From an uncultured Gammaproteobacteria bacterium (lineage in GTDB: Bacteria; Patescibacteriota; Microgenomatia; UBA10105; UBA927), in NCBI GenBank assembly GCA_964515005.1, contig CAZEVT010000001.1:310720-374719 (forward strand): a stretch of DNA of 64,000 nt, read 5' to 3'. Both the position numbers and the translations under genes were made by a program. Each line of letters begins with the position of its first letter. The first letter of the stretch is position 1. Below are positions 1-8,520 of this stretch, piece after piece. Under the pieces are notes generated by a model. It was given only the letters and a program-made list of their open reading frames with translations. It was not told where the DNA came from and searched no databases.

Positions 1-562
1 GCGCCATATAAAGAATATTTGGTAAATCTTCTATCGCGTCTTCCTCGTAATCCATAATATCTTTTCCAATATCAAAGAGAATCGTTTGAGTACGTAAAGC
101 AGTAGAATGTTTAGGAGTCCAATCAAGTGTTAACAGTTCAAGAACTCTTCCATAAAATATATTATCGCTAGATTTTCCCATGATATATTTTTCAATATCC
201 GTCCATGAAAACTTATAGCCTTGTTGTATGCGGTCATGTAGTATTTGTTCATATTTGAAAAATTGTTTTACTTCATATTCTACGCTCTCGAGTTCGTCGT
301 GAGTATATACCGGAATCATTGTGTAAAATTGTGTCCGTTGTTTTACAAACTCCGTAAGATATTCCGGACTTTTGGTTTCCGAAAACAGATCCAGAAGGCA
401 CGCACAGCGGATAGCTTTCCGCATAACGTCGCGAGTGAACGTTACATCACACTTTGGTGAAACTTCTCCGACAACCGCCGTGACCATGGCAAGAAACGGC
501 CGCTGGTCGATTTCCAGAAGTATATTCTCCATGCCTTTTGGATGATGAATGTCCGGTGACAT
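1..562 (-). CDS. Partial ORF (3' end outside window), possible class I isoprenoid/terpene synthase-fold protein
   Basis: Hand translation from ATG 562 is open to the window edge (MSPDIHHPKG...LLDLFSE...YIMGKS...FDIGKDIMDYEEDAIEDLPNILYMA). The acidic motifs resemble the two Asp-rich motifs of prenyl/terpene synthases. Not in the ORF track. Confidence 0.6.
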   Translation of the reverse strand, partial: MSPDIHHPKGMENILLEIDQRPFLAMVTAVVGEVSPKCDVTFTRDVMRKAIRCACLLDLFSETKSPEYLTEFVKQRTQFYTMIPVYTHDELESVEYEVKQFFKYEQILHDRIQQGYKFSWTDIEKYIMGKSSDNIFYGRVLELLTLDWTPKHSTALRTQTILFDIGKDIMDYEEDAIEDLPNILYMA

Positions 563-707
563 AGATTGCGTTAACGCTCCGCAATAGTATCTCAATCAAA
601 AAAATATGCAAGGCTGGGGGACAGTGGAGCGGTTTTTTTGATGGGATTGTGTCGAAAGGCTACATCTTGTATAATACCCCTATTCCAATCGAAAGAAGGT
701 AATATGA

Positions 708-1826
708 ATGACCAAATCACCAAAAGCCTCATCTAAAGCTTCCCCAGGCCCTCAAACCATGGAAGAGTTGCTCGCGGCTACGAGCTATACCCTGAAAGGC
801 GTGAAAAAAGGCGATGTTGTTGAGGGGAAAATCACCCGTGTTTCACCCAAAGAAGTTACGATTGACATCGGCAGCAAAACCGAGGGTGTGGTTATCGACC
901 GGGAGCTCGAGACATACCGTGATATGCTCATGGGGCTCAAAGTCGGAGACACGGTGGTGGCGCAAGTGATTGTTGCGGAAAATGACCGGGGTCAATCCGT
1001 TCTTTCGCTCCGCAGAAGCATTTTTGAGAAACGCTGGACGGCCCTCACCGAGCTTAAGGAGAAAGGCGAAGCGGTCGAGGTAATCCTTAAGGAGGCAGTA
1101 CGCGGAGGAATTCTTGTTGATTACGGCGGACTTCGTGGGTATATCCCGCAGTCTCAGCTGGACCACGAGACCGCAAAGCAGCTCGATAAGGCTCCGAACC
1201 GGAGAATTCAGGCGAAAATTGTCGAAGTTGACCGCGAAACCAACCGGCTGGTATTTTCCCAGAGAGCCGTATCCGAAGGCGAGAATCTTATCAAGCAAAA
1301 AGAGATTCTCTCCGCCCTTACCGTCGGTGAGACGGTTCAGGCTACGATTACCGGTATTGTCCCGTTTGGCGCGTTTGCGAAGCTTAAAGTTACCAAAGAT
1401 GGGGAAGAACACGATATTGAGGGACTCATTCACATCTCTGAAATCGCGTGGGAAAAGGTGGAAGACGTCAATCAGTACCTGAAAACCGGCGACAATATAA
1501 AAGTGAAAGTCATCGGCATCGATGCGGCGACAGGAAAACTTACCTTGTCCCTCAAGCAGCTTCTTCCGGATCCATGGGAGCATGTGTTGGACATGTTTGA
1601 GAAGGATAGCGCCGTCAAGGGAACCGTATCACGCGTCTCGCCATACGGGATATTTGTAAACCTTTCGCCCGGTATTGAAGGCCTTATTCACATCAGTAAA
1701 GTCTCTCCTGGTGAAGAACCAAAAAACGGAGACGAAATCCAGTGTATAATTGAAGAAATCAAACCCGACCAGCGGAAAATCAGCCTCTCCATGGCACTCA
1801 AAGAAAAACCGATCGGCTACCGGTAA
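708..1826 (+). CDS. rpsA: 30S ribosomal protein S1 (four S1 domains)
   Basis: Four S1 repeats (GDVVEGKITRV, GLRGYIPQSQL, EGLIHISEI, EGLIHISKV). AAGAAGG SD-like sequence and TATAAT upstream. Confidence 0.93.
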   Translation: MTKSPKASSKASPGPQTMEELLAATSYTLKGVKKGDVVEGKITRVSPKEVTIDIGSKTEGVVIDRELETYRDMLMGLKVGDTVVAQVIVAENDRGQSVLSLRRSIFEKRWTALTELKEKGEAVEVILKEAVRGGILVDYGGLRGYIPQSQLDHETAKQLDKAPNRRIQAKIVEVDRETNRLVFSQRAVSEGENLIKQKEILSALTVGETVQATITGIVPFGAFAKLKVTKDGEEHDIEGLIHISEIAWEKVEDVNQYLKTGDNIKVKVIGIDAATGKLTLSLKQLLPDPWEHVLDMFEKDSAVKGTVSRVSPYGIFVNLSPGIEGLIHISKVSPGEEPKNGDEIQCIIEEIKPDQRKISLSMALKEKPIGYR

Positions 1827-1859
1827 CCATTTTTTCCCGCCCGTGTTAGAATATCCCCA

Positions 1860-3167
1860 ATGAAACTTCGCACGAGTTATGTATGCCAACAATGTGGCTA
1901 CGAATCACCCAGTTGGTACGGGAAATGCCCGAGTTGCGGGGAGTGGAACTCATTAGTTGAAACAGTCAAGGAAGTCGGGAGGGGACAGAGTTCAGGGGAC
2001 AGGGTACAGAACAAACTTGGTGCGAAACCTCAAAAACTTTCGGAAGTCAGACATATTGAGAAAAATCGTCTGAAAAGCGGGTTTGCGGAGTTTGATCGGG
2101 TCATGGGTGGGGGCATCGTGCCGGGCTCGGTGACCCTGCTAGCCGGCGATCCGGGGATCGGAAAATCGACACTTCTTCTTCACGTGATTGCCAAATGCGG
2201 GGGACTGTATGTCTCAGGCGAGGAATCGGCAGAACAGATTAAGCTGCGTGCCAAGCGCTTAGGTGTTGAGGGGGAAAATATCAGTATTTTGTCAGAAACG
2301 TCTGTAGAATCGATTGCGGCGAGCTTAGAGACGAGCGGCGACAAAAGTCTCGTCGTTGTCGATTCCATCCAAACGCTCTCTTCTGCTGATTTGGATGGTA
2401 TGGCAGGGTCTGTCGGCCAAATCCGTCACTGCGCAGAGGTACTCCTTGCTACAGCAAAATCCAAAGGTATTCCCATGATGATCATCGGTCATGTGACGAA
2501 AGAAGGGACCATTGCGGGGCCGAAAGTCTTAGAACATATGGTCGACACCGTTCTGTATCTTGAAGGCGAGCGGTTTGCCAACGCCAGAATTCTCCGGACG
2601 TTCAAAAACAGGTTCGGGGCAGTGGAGGAAGTGGGAATTTTTGAAATGGATGAAAAGGGACTGAAGGAGATATCCGACCCTAGTCGGATATTTCTTCAGG
2701 ATCGGGTAAAGAATGTTCCCGGATCGGTCGTGACTGTTATTATGGAGGGAACACGCCCGATGCTGGTCGAAATACAGGCGCTGGTGGTGTCTTCCCAGCT
2801 TGCCATGCCCAGGAGGGTGGCAAACGGCATCGACTACAACCGGCTGCAGCTTGTCGTTGCCATTCTTTCGAAGCGTTTAGGCCTGCCGCTTGGGAGCTTC
2901 GACATTTTTGTGAATGTCAGCGGTGGGATCAAAATACAGGAACCCGCGGCAGATTTGGCAGTCGCCCTTGCGCTAGTATCTTCGTTCAAAAACAAGGCAG
3001 TTGACCCCAAAACCGCCGTATTTGGGGAACTCGGGCTCTTAGGAGAAGTTCGCTCCATTGGCTCCGATGAGCGGAGGACCAAAGAAGCACATAGACTCGG
3101 ATTTACTGCCATTGTTTCTCCAAGAACGGTCCATAATCTCCTACAGGCTGCCAAACTCCTCGGATAA
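1860..3167 (+). CDS. radA: DNA repair protein RadA/Sms
   Basis: C4 zinc finger (CQQC...CPSC), Walker A GDPGIGKST, KNRFG motif, Lon-like C-terminus. Confidence 0.97.
   Translation: MKLRTSYVCQQCGYESPSWYGKCPSCGEWNSLVETVKEVGRGQSSGDRVQNKLGAKPQKLSEVRHIEKNRLKSGFAEFDRVMGGGIVPGSVTLLAGDPGIGKSTLLLHVIAKCGGLYVSGEESAEQIKLRAKRLGVEGENISILSETSVESIAASLETSGDKSLVVVDSIQTLSSADLDGMAGSVGQIRHCAEVLLATAKSKGIPMMIIGHVTKEGTIAGPKVLEHMVDTVLYLEGERFANARILRTFKNRFGAVEEVGIFEMDEKGLKEISDPSRIFLQDRVKNVPGSVVTVIMEGTRPMLVEIQALVVSSQLAMPRRVANGIDYNRLQLVVAILSKRLGLPLGSFDIFVNVSGGIKIQEPAADLAVALALVSSFKNKAVDPKTAVFGELGLLGEVRSIGSDERRTKEAHRLGFTAIVSPRTVHNLLQAAKLLG
1982..2009 (+). repeat. Degenerate 7-nt tandem repeat inside radA
   Basis: GGGACAG AGTTCAG GGGACAG GGTACAG in the linker after the zinc finger. 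Confidence 0.65.
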
Positions 3168-3191
3168 GTGAGTACCTGCTACAATAAATAT

Positions 3192-3899
3192 ATGGATGGC
3201 ACAAAAAAATCAGGGTACCCAAAAGTTTCCGTGATCGTTCCCACCTTCAATGAAGGAGAACGAGTCATTCCGGTGATTGAGAGCATTAAAAAATCCCCGT
3301 ATATCAAGGAGATTATCGTTGTTGACGATAGTTCTGAACGCGAAAGCAGAAGTATTTTACAGTCTCTCAAGGGCATCACGCTCATTTCGTTAAAAGAGAA
3401 TAGAGGAAAAGCATCGGCCATAAAAATTGGCGTATCACAGGCCCGCGCTGCGGTTGTCATGTTTGTGGATAGCGATTTGCGGAATCTTACCGCAAAAAAT
3501 ATCAATCACATGATCGAAGCCTTTTTTGAGGGAGGCTACGATATGGTCATCGGAGAAAGAGAAAAGGAGTGGAACATTGCACGGTTCATCGGCATGGCTA
3601 CGACACTTGCCGGAGAACGAATTATTAAAAAACAGATACTTGCGGGTCATATGGATATATTTGAAGCAAAAGGATACTTGCTTGAATCAGCAATAAACAG
3701 GATACTTTTTAGAAAATACAAGGTGGGAAGAGTGCTGCTTGCGGGGGTCGGACAATGGTGGAAGGGACAAAAAACCGGTATGAGCGCCATTTTTCTCAAA
3801 GATTTGCCTTGGATGGTTCGATACGTTCGGTTTTTAGGGATACGGGAGTTTCTCTTTCAGCTTTCTTACGCGAAGCGCATGAAATTTATAGCGAGATAA
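3192..3899 (+). CDS. Glycosyltransferase family 2
   Basis: VSVIVPTFNE, VVDDSS, NRGKA and FVDSD motifs. Start refined to ATG 3192, 6 nt after TGcTACAAT. Confidence 0.88.
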   Translation: MDGTKKSGYPKVSVIVPTFNEGERVIPVIESIKKSPYIKEIIVVDDSSERESRSILQSLKGITLISLKENRGKASAIKIGVSQARAAVVMFVDSDLRNLTAKNINHMIEAFFEGGYDMVIGEREKEWNIARFIGMATTLAGERIIKKQILAGHMDIFEAKGYLLESAINRILFRKYKVGRVLLAGVGQWWKGQKTGMSAIFLKDLPWMVRYVRFLGIREFLFQLSYAKRMKFIAR

Positions 3900-3938
3900 G
3901 TTTTATAGAGAGATAAGTATGATACAATTTTTCCTGCA

Positions 3939-4727
3939 ATGAAAAAGAAAAAGAACGGGACGAACGCAATTCCTCCTGAACAGCTCGTTAAACCGGCCTT
4001 TACCCGGGCGCTTGCTGCGGAAATCGTCAAGAATTTGACCAGTATAGGTAGGTTTACCACGCGGCCCTTTTGGCGGGATGAACCCAAACATGAGGACATG
4101 AAGGTGGAAGAGCTCGGAGCGTACCCGATCCTCGTTGACACCAGCGTCCTTATTGACGGCCGGATACTCCCCATTGTCAACAGCGGATTCCTCACCGGAA
4201 CCCTTATTATCCCCAGATTTGTCCTCGGAGAGCTCCAGCACATTGCCGATTCCGATGATAGCCTCCGCCGTGCCAAGGGAAGGCGGGGGCTGGATATTGT
4301 CAACAAGCTTAAAGGACAGAGGGTCAACGCGCTTATTACCCTCAAGTTTGTTTCCGCAGATCCCCAGGGGGTTTCCGAAGTGGATCACAAGCTCGTTGAG
4401 CTTGCCAGAAGGTGGAGTAGGGAGAAGCCCCGGCTTCTAACCGTGGACTTTAATCTGGCTCATGTGGCCCGTGTCCAGGGCGTCAAAATACTGAATGTCA
4501 ATGATATCGCACAGGCTTTGAAAGTGAGCCTCATGCCGGGCGAAGAATTTACGGTGCGCATCACACACGATGGAAAAGAGCGCGCCCAGGGAGTAGGGTA
4601 TCTGCCTGACGGCACCATGGTGGTCGTAGATGACGCGCGCGGCCGCGTAGGGCAGGATATACTCGTGATTGTCACCAAGGTCCATCAAACCCCCGCAGGC
4701 CAGCTGTTTTTTGCTAGAATTAAATAA
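3939..4727 (+). CDS. PIN/TRAM domain protein (YacL-like), without N-terminal TM helices
   Basis: VDTSVLIDGR PIN motif, ELQHIADS...RGRRGL, TVDFNL, and TRAM motif GVGYLPDGTMVVV. Confidence 0.92.
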   Translation: MKKKKNGTNAIPPEQLVKPAFTRALAAEIVKNLTSIGRFTTRPFWRDEPKHEDMKVEELGAYPILVDTSVLIDGRILPIVNSGFLTGTLIIPRFVLGELQHIADSDDSLRRAKGRRGLDIVNKLKGQRVNALITLKFVSADPQGVSEVDHKLVELARRWSREKPRLLTVDFNLAHVARVQGVKILNVNDIAQALKVSLMPGEEFTVRITHDGKERAQGVGYLPDGTMVVVDDARGRVGQDILVIVTKVHQTPAGQLFFARIK

Positions 4728-4850
4728 TTTCCTTTCCCCAAGTTATCCACCTAATATATATAGATTTCTTTTTCATTGTTGTAACAGTCTTAACATAAAT
4801 AAAAAAACTATAAGACTCGCAAAATTACACTAGTAAAAATCCTATGGGTC

Positions 4851-4879
4851 TTGACAGAGAATAAGACGAGTGTTTGAAT
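4851..4879 (+). promoter_or_regulatory. sigma70-type promoter of a 52-aa ORF (leaderless geometry)
   Basis: TTGACA-17 nt-TTGAAT with extended TG. ATG lies 6 nt after the -10. Confidence 0.65.
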
Positions 4880-4885
4880 GAGTGT

Positions 4886-5044
4886 ATGAATATAAAAATG
4901 CTTTTCGCACGATTGGGTTTGGCGGTAAAATCAGATCGGAAAAGCCCAGTGGCCCGCGACCGAGAAAAGTTTGAAGAAGAAGTGAAGGAGCAGTTTCAAA
5001 AGCTCAAAGATAAGGGACTTTCGATACCGGTGTTTACGCTGTAA
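4886..5044 (+). CDS. Small 52-aa charged helical protein
   Basis: MNIKMLFARLGLAVKSDRKSPVARDREKFEEEVKEQFQKLKDKGLSIPVFTL. It has its own promoter and a downstream hairpin, and is below the ORF-track cutoff. Confidence 0.7.
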   Translation: MNIKMLFARLGLAVKSDRKSPVARDREKFEEEVKEQFQKLKDKGLSIPVFTL

Positions 5045-5047
5045 ACC

Positions 5048-5103
5048 AAAAAAAAGCATCACTACCGCTAGACATGGTTAGGCTACGAGTAGTAATGCCT
5101 TTT
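5048..5103. terminator. Probable bidirectional intrinsic terminator
   Basis: A8-GCATCACTAC...GTAGTAATGC-CTTTT, giving T tracts on both strands. Confidence 0.6.
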
Positions 5104-5143
5104 AGTGTTGGTATTATTTTTTGGGCAAAAAGATAATACCTAA
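5048..5143 (-). ncRNA. Candidate ~95-nt small RNA convergent on the 52-aa ORF
   Basis: Promoter TTGACA-17-TAACGT at 5178-5150. Two hairpins (GGTATTAT...ATAATACC and GCATTACTAC...GTAGTGATGC) end in a U8 tract. Confidence 0.5.
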
Positions 5144-5264
5144 GTGATCACGTTATCAGTGGTTTGTTTTGTTGTCAAATAAATTTTTGAAGCTACTTTT
5201 TTGATTTAGCTCGTTGAGTCGGGATTGTTTTATATTAATTATTAGCCTTAAAACAAGTACACCT

Positions 5265-5489
5265 ATGAACAGATCAGCTGAAGTTATCAATCAGATAGAC
5301 GCACAGGAAAGAGGTTTCTCGGCAGCAACAGGAGAAGCATTTCTTATCGCTACAATTTTACCTGCAGTCGGGCCGGAAGGGGCACTGAAGATTGTAGAAT
5401 CATTTAACACTGCCTTTTGTTATTCAAAGTTTTTTGATCACCAGTTACACGAAAAATTTCAGCGTCCACAAGTTTCTCCGAAAGAATAA
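5265..5489 (+). CDS. Hypothetical 74-aa protein
   Basis: ORF MNRSAEVINQIDAQERG... in the AT-rich islet. Start refined to ATG 5265. No family recognised. Confidence 0.5.
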   Translation: MNRSAEVINQIDAQERGFSAATGEAFLIATILPAVGPEGALKIVESFNTAFCYSKFFDHQLHEKFQRPQVSPKE

Positions 5490-5524
5490 ATGCGTCCAAA
5501 CTTCCAACAGCAAACGATCTCCTG

Positions 5525-5553
5525 TTGACTTCTAAAAAATTCCGATATACAAT
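5525..5553 (+). promoter_or_regulatory. Near-consensus promoter with no downstream ORF
   Basis: TTGACT-17 nt-TACAAT. Confidence 0.5.
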
Positions 5554-5631
5554 CGCGACGATTCGAGCTAAACGACATTTTTTGAGCAAGAAAAGTTTTT
5601 TAAAAAATCGCGTAGAATTCTGTGTTCTGAT

Positions 5632-5666
5632 GGGGGATTGACCGTTGGGCAGGCGATCAATCTCCC
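5632..5666. terminator. GC-rich hairpin abutting the stop of the GT39-like gene
   Basis: GGGGGATTGA...TCAATCTCCC inverted repeat. No clear U tract. Confidence 0.45.
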
Positions 5667-7277
5667 TTAGAGGATAGAATGAAGCGCGTTTTTGGTGAAG
5701 CGCTCGGTGTTTTGGAATATGCGTACCGTCGGGTGGTCAAATACTTGGAGAGACTCCTCGGCCGTATCATCATTCACTTCCACACCAAAAAGTTTCGGAT
5801 ACGAGGTGAACGTCGTCACTTCATGGTATCCTAGCTCTTCGTTCAACAATTTTTCATAGAACAGACTCGTCAATGGATATTGTTCTTTCAGGCGCGGCAT
5901 CGTCGCCCAAATTCTTCGGGTTGACAGGATAATATAATCGCCTGTTGCGAGTTTGTCCGCGTAATAGAGTTTTTTTTCTTCGTTGTCCGGTTCGTAGACC
6001 GTCAGAAGTTCACGGTTGGGGTAATAGACACGGCTGGGCATCTCGGCCAAATCCAGCGGTAGCCCATCATTCCAGTGTTCGGTATAGATGATCGCGTTTT
6101 CCGGAATATGCGCATAGCTCCATGTTGAAGCTTCTATTTTAGTTTGGGGTCGCATGTAGATTGTCCAGTTAGATAGACCCCAAAGGGACGTGGTCGCAAC
6201 CAGAAGTATCGTAAGGATAAGGCCCGCAGTACGGAAATGTTTTAAAACCGCAAAACAAAACCAGGCGGCAGCGAGGGTGACAAACGGCAGAAACGGTACG
6301 TTGTAGCGGGAAAATTTTGCAAACCACGTGCCGACCCAGGCGAAATACAGAAGAGGAAATATGAGAAACACAATGATTTCCTTGTGTTTTTTCCTGATCC
6401 CGGCAACGGCAAGGGCGATAAGCCCTACGAGTCCTACGAAGACCTGTGGACCGGCTTGCCAGAGCATGGTCGTCATCTGATAGAGGTATGGCACCGTACC
6501 GACAAATTGCAGCGTATAGGGAACGGAGTGCCTGCCAAGGGCGACACCGGTCTCGTAGGTCATGGATTCTTGAAAATGTTTGAGATCAAGGATGGTATAT
6601 GGGGAGAAAAGGAAAAAGATGGCTGCGGCAAGGGCGGAAAGCACACAAGCATACGCAAGTTTTTTGCGAAAACGTAGTGCGTGGGCAAGTAAAATGGCCG
6701 TTACCGGAATAACGCCAAACAAAAGACTTATTGTTTTGGCGGCAATCGCGAGTCCCCAGATGAATGCAAGCCCACAGACTGTTTTTGTCGATGGCTTCCG
6801 AAGAAACGAGTGAGAAAAGTAGGCGAGAAGTAAGAGAAAAAATACCAGCATGGTTTCAGTCGTTGAAAAATGTGCTTCGCGTATGGCCCAGGGGGAAAAA
6901 GCAAGGAGCCCCGCCGAAAGCAAGCCAACATGCCCTGAAAAATATGCCGCTCCGACGAGGTAGATGAGTCCAATGCTTATGGTTGAAAGGGTGGCGGACA
7001 CGAAGCGACCGACGACCGCGATATGGCCCCAATCATGAACCCAAGTCAGATCCTTAGAGAAGTACGCGACCGATTCGGCAAGAGCCCGGTAGAGATAAAT
7101 AGGAAGTCCCCCGTAGGCAAAAAACTTAGGATTCATGTCATTAAAAAATTGAATCCGGGTCACCGCCCAGGAGATATTACGCTCATCCGGGTGAAACGCG
7201 CCGAAGGAATCCCAATTGACTGCGCTAAAGCGAAGAATGGCGCCAAACAAGACGATGAGAATGAGTATTTTCTTCAT
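5667..7277 (-). CDS. GT-C membrane glycosyltransferase (GT39/PMT/ArnT-like)
   Basis: N-terminal TM followed by FHPDE acidic motif, many TM helices, RYNVP motif, periplasmic C-terminal domain. Confidence 0.85.
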   Translation of the reverse strand: MKKILILIVLFGAILRFSAVNWDSFGAFHPDERNISWAVTRIQFFNDMNPKFFAYGGLPIYLYRALAESVAYFSKDLTWVHDWGHIAVVGRFVSATLSTISIGLIYLVGAAYFSGHVGLLSAGLLAFSPWAIREAHFSTTETMLVFFLLLLAYFSHSFLRKPSTKTVCGLAFIWGLAIAAKTISLLFGVIPVTAILLAHALRFRKKLAYACVLSALAAAIFFLFSPYTILDLKHFQESMTYETGVALGRHSVPYTLQFVGTVPYLYQMTTMLWQAGPQVFVGLVGLIALAVAGIRKKHKEIIVFLIFPLLYFAWVGTWFAKFSRYNVPFLPFVTLAAAWFCFAVLKHFRTAGLILTILLVATTSLWGLSNWTIYMRPQTKIEASTWSYAHIPENAIIYTEHWNDGLPLDLAEMPSRVYYPNRELLTVYEPDNEEKKLYYADKLATGDYIILSTRRIWATMPRLKEQYPLTSLFYEKLLNEELGYHEVTTFTSYPKLFGVEVNDDTAEESLQVFDHPTVRIFQNTERFTKNALHSIL

Positions 7278-8488
7278 GGCATAAGTATTTCCATGGCTGC
7301 CCTCATCCCGAGCTCCACTGCGTAGTTGGTCCCGCGGTCCCAGGGGATGATAGAATCCATATTCGCAAGATATACGTCTTTAACCGGCGTCTTTATTGAC
7401 GGGATTTTTTCTGAATATCGAAGCTCATGAACCGGCTGGGCGAACGGGCCGACAAACATGAATGAATTATGAATTTTGAATTTTGAATTATGGCTTAAAC
7501 GCCTAATAAAAGGAAGAAATTCTTTAAGCAATTGTTCTTTTGTCATTGAAAGATATTTGTGACCCTGCGGTAGGTAGTTGCCAAAATAGGTGAGGTGGTA
7601 GCCAGCGTAATGCGATGTGTCCATGAAGTTAGTGTGGGCAACTGCGGCAAGAAAAGGGAACGACCGGTCGGTGATGTTGAGCCAGTAGATGTCTTTGAGA
7701 ATCGGTTCTTTGGTTTCAAGAATCAGTGTTTGGGCGTGCAAGTGGGGGACTATGGGCACATGAAGTGTTGGAATAAGTTTTTTTGCAATTGGACTGGGGA
7801 CGGTAAGCAGAATCCGATCGAATCCGTTCGGCAGACCATCGAGCTTTGTATTAGTTTTGATAATCCCGCCCTGTTTTTTGATTGCTTTTTCAAGCGCAAC
7901 GACGAGCGCATGAAAGCCGCCTTCCATGTAGGCGAGACTCGGAGTTCTTTTTTTGATCCTGGCCCAGAACCACGCGGCGTTGACGCGCGAGGCAAAGGCA
8001 CCGAATTTGCCAACCAAGAGTGGCTCCCACAGAACCTGGTAGGCCCTTTTCCCTCCTGCCGAAATCAATAGCTTTTCTGCGGTGAACTGTTCCAGAGGTT
8101 TCCAAAAAGGATTAATTTTTAGAAATACAAGGAGTGTGGCTGTCCTGAACTTGTCAGTAAACGACAGGCCCGGGAACGCCAGAAGATTCATGGGCGAATC
8201 CAAGGGATACGGCTTTCCCCGGTACAATGACGCAGTAATCGGGCGCTTGATAATTATTTTGTCTCCGAGACCCAATTTTTTTATGAGATTCAATATCGCC
8301 GAATCGTTGGTAAACCAGTGGTGGTAGGCGTACTCCAGATGCCAATCCCAATTTTTTCCTTTGAATCCATACGCGAGGCCCCCCAAGACCGGTGCTGCCT
8401 CAAAAAGCGTGACGTTGTGACCGCGTTTGGTAAGCATGTATGCCGCCGCAAGGCCCGTGAACCCGCCGCCGATAACTGCAACTTTCAT
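7274..8488 (-). CDS. NAD(P)/FAD-dependent oxidoreductase (amine oxidase/protoporphyrinogen oxidase-like)
   Basis: KVAVIGGGFTGLAAA Rossmann motif, FEAAPVLGGL, YHH. ATGA-coupled to the GT39-like gene. Confidence 0.88.
   Translation of the reverse strand: MKVAVIGGGFTGLAAAYMLTKRGHNVTLFEAAPVLGGLAYGFKGKNWDWHLEYAYHHWFTNDSAILNLIKKLGLGDKIIIKRPITASLYRGKPYPLDSPMNLLAFPGLSFTDKFRTATLLVFLKINPFWKPLEQFTAEKLLISAGGKRAYQVLWEPLLVGKFGAFASRVNAAWFWARIKKRTPSLAYMEGGFHALVVALEKAIKKQGGIIKTNTKLDGLPNGFDRILLTVPSPIAKKLIPTLHVPIVPHLHAQTLILETKEPILKDIYWLNITDRSFPFLAAVAHTNFMDTSHYAGYHLTYFGNYLPQGHKYLSMTKEQLLKEFLPFIRRLSHNSKFKIHNSFMFVGPFAQPVHELRYSEKIPSIKTPVKDVYLANMDSIIPWDRGTNYAVELGMRAAMEILMP
7464..7491. repeat. 7-nt tandem repeat inside the oxidoreductase gene
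   Basis: GAATTAT GAATTTT GAATTTT GAATTAT, encoding HNSKFKIHNS. Confidence 0.75.
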
Positions 8489-8492
8489 GAGG

Positions 8493-8513
8493 AGATTGTA
8501 TCATGTACAATCT
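8493..8513. promoter_or_regulatory. Back-to-back -10 elements (TACAAT on both strands) of divergent genes
   Basis: AGATTGTA-tcatg-TACAATCT perfect inverted repeat in a 32-nt intergenic gap. Confidence 0.65.
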
Positions 8514-8520
8514 TCTCCAT

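Noticed and set aside
245-460. 71-aa plus-strand ORF
   Set aside because: Antisense to the longer, more protein-like minus-strand ORF 1-562.
843-1583. 246-aa minus-strand ORF and the many similar overlapping ORFs in the track
   Set aside because: Shadow frames of well-supported genes such as rpsA, with no motifs.
4732-4850. Possible oriC: TTATCCACC (4743-4751) beside an AT-rich tract
   Set aside because: Only one near-consensus DnaA box and one poor one, no dnaA or dnaN nearby, and skew cannot be evaluated.
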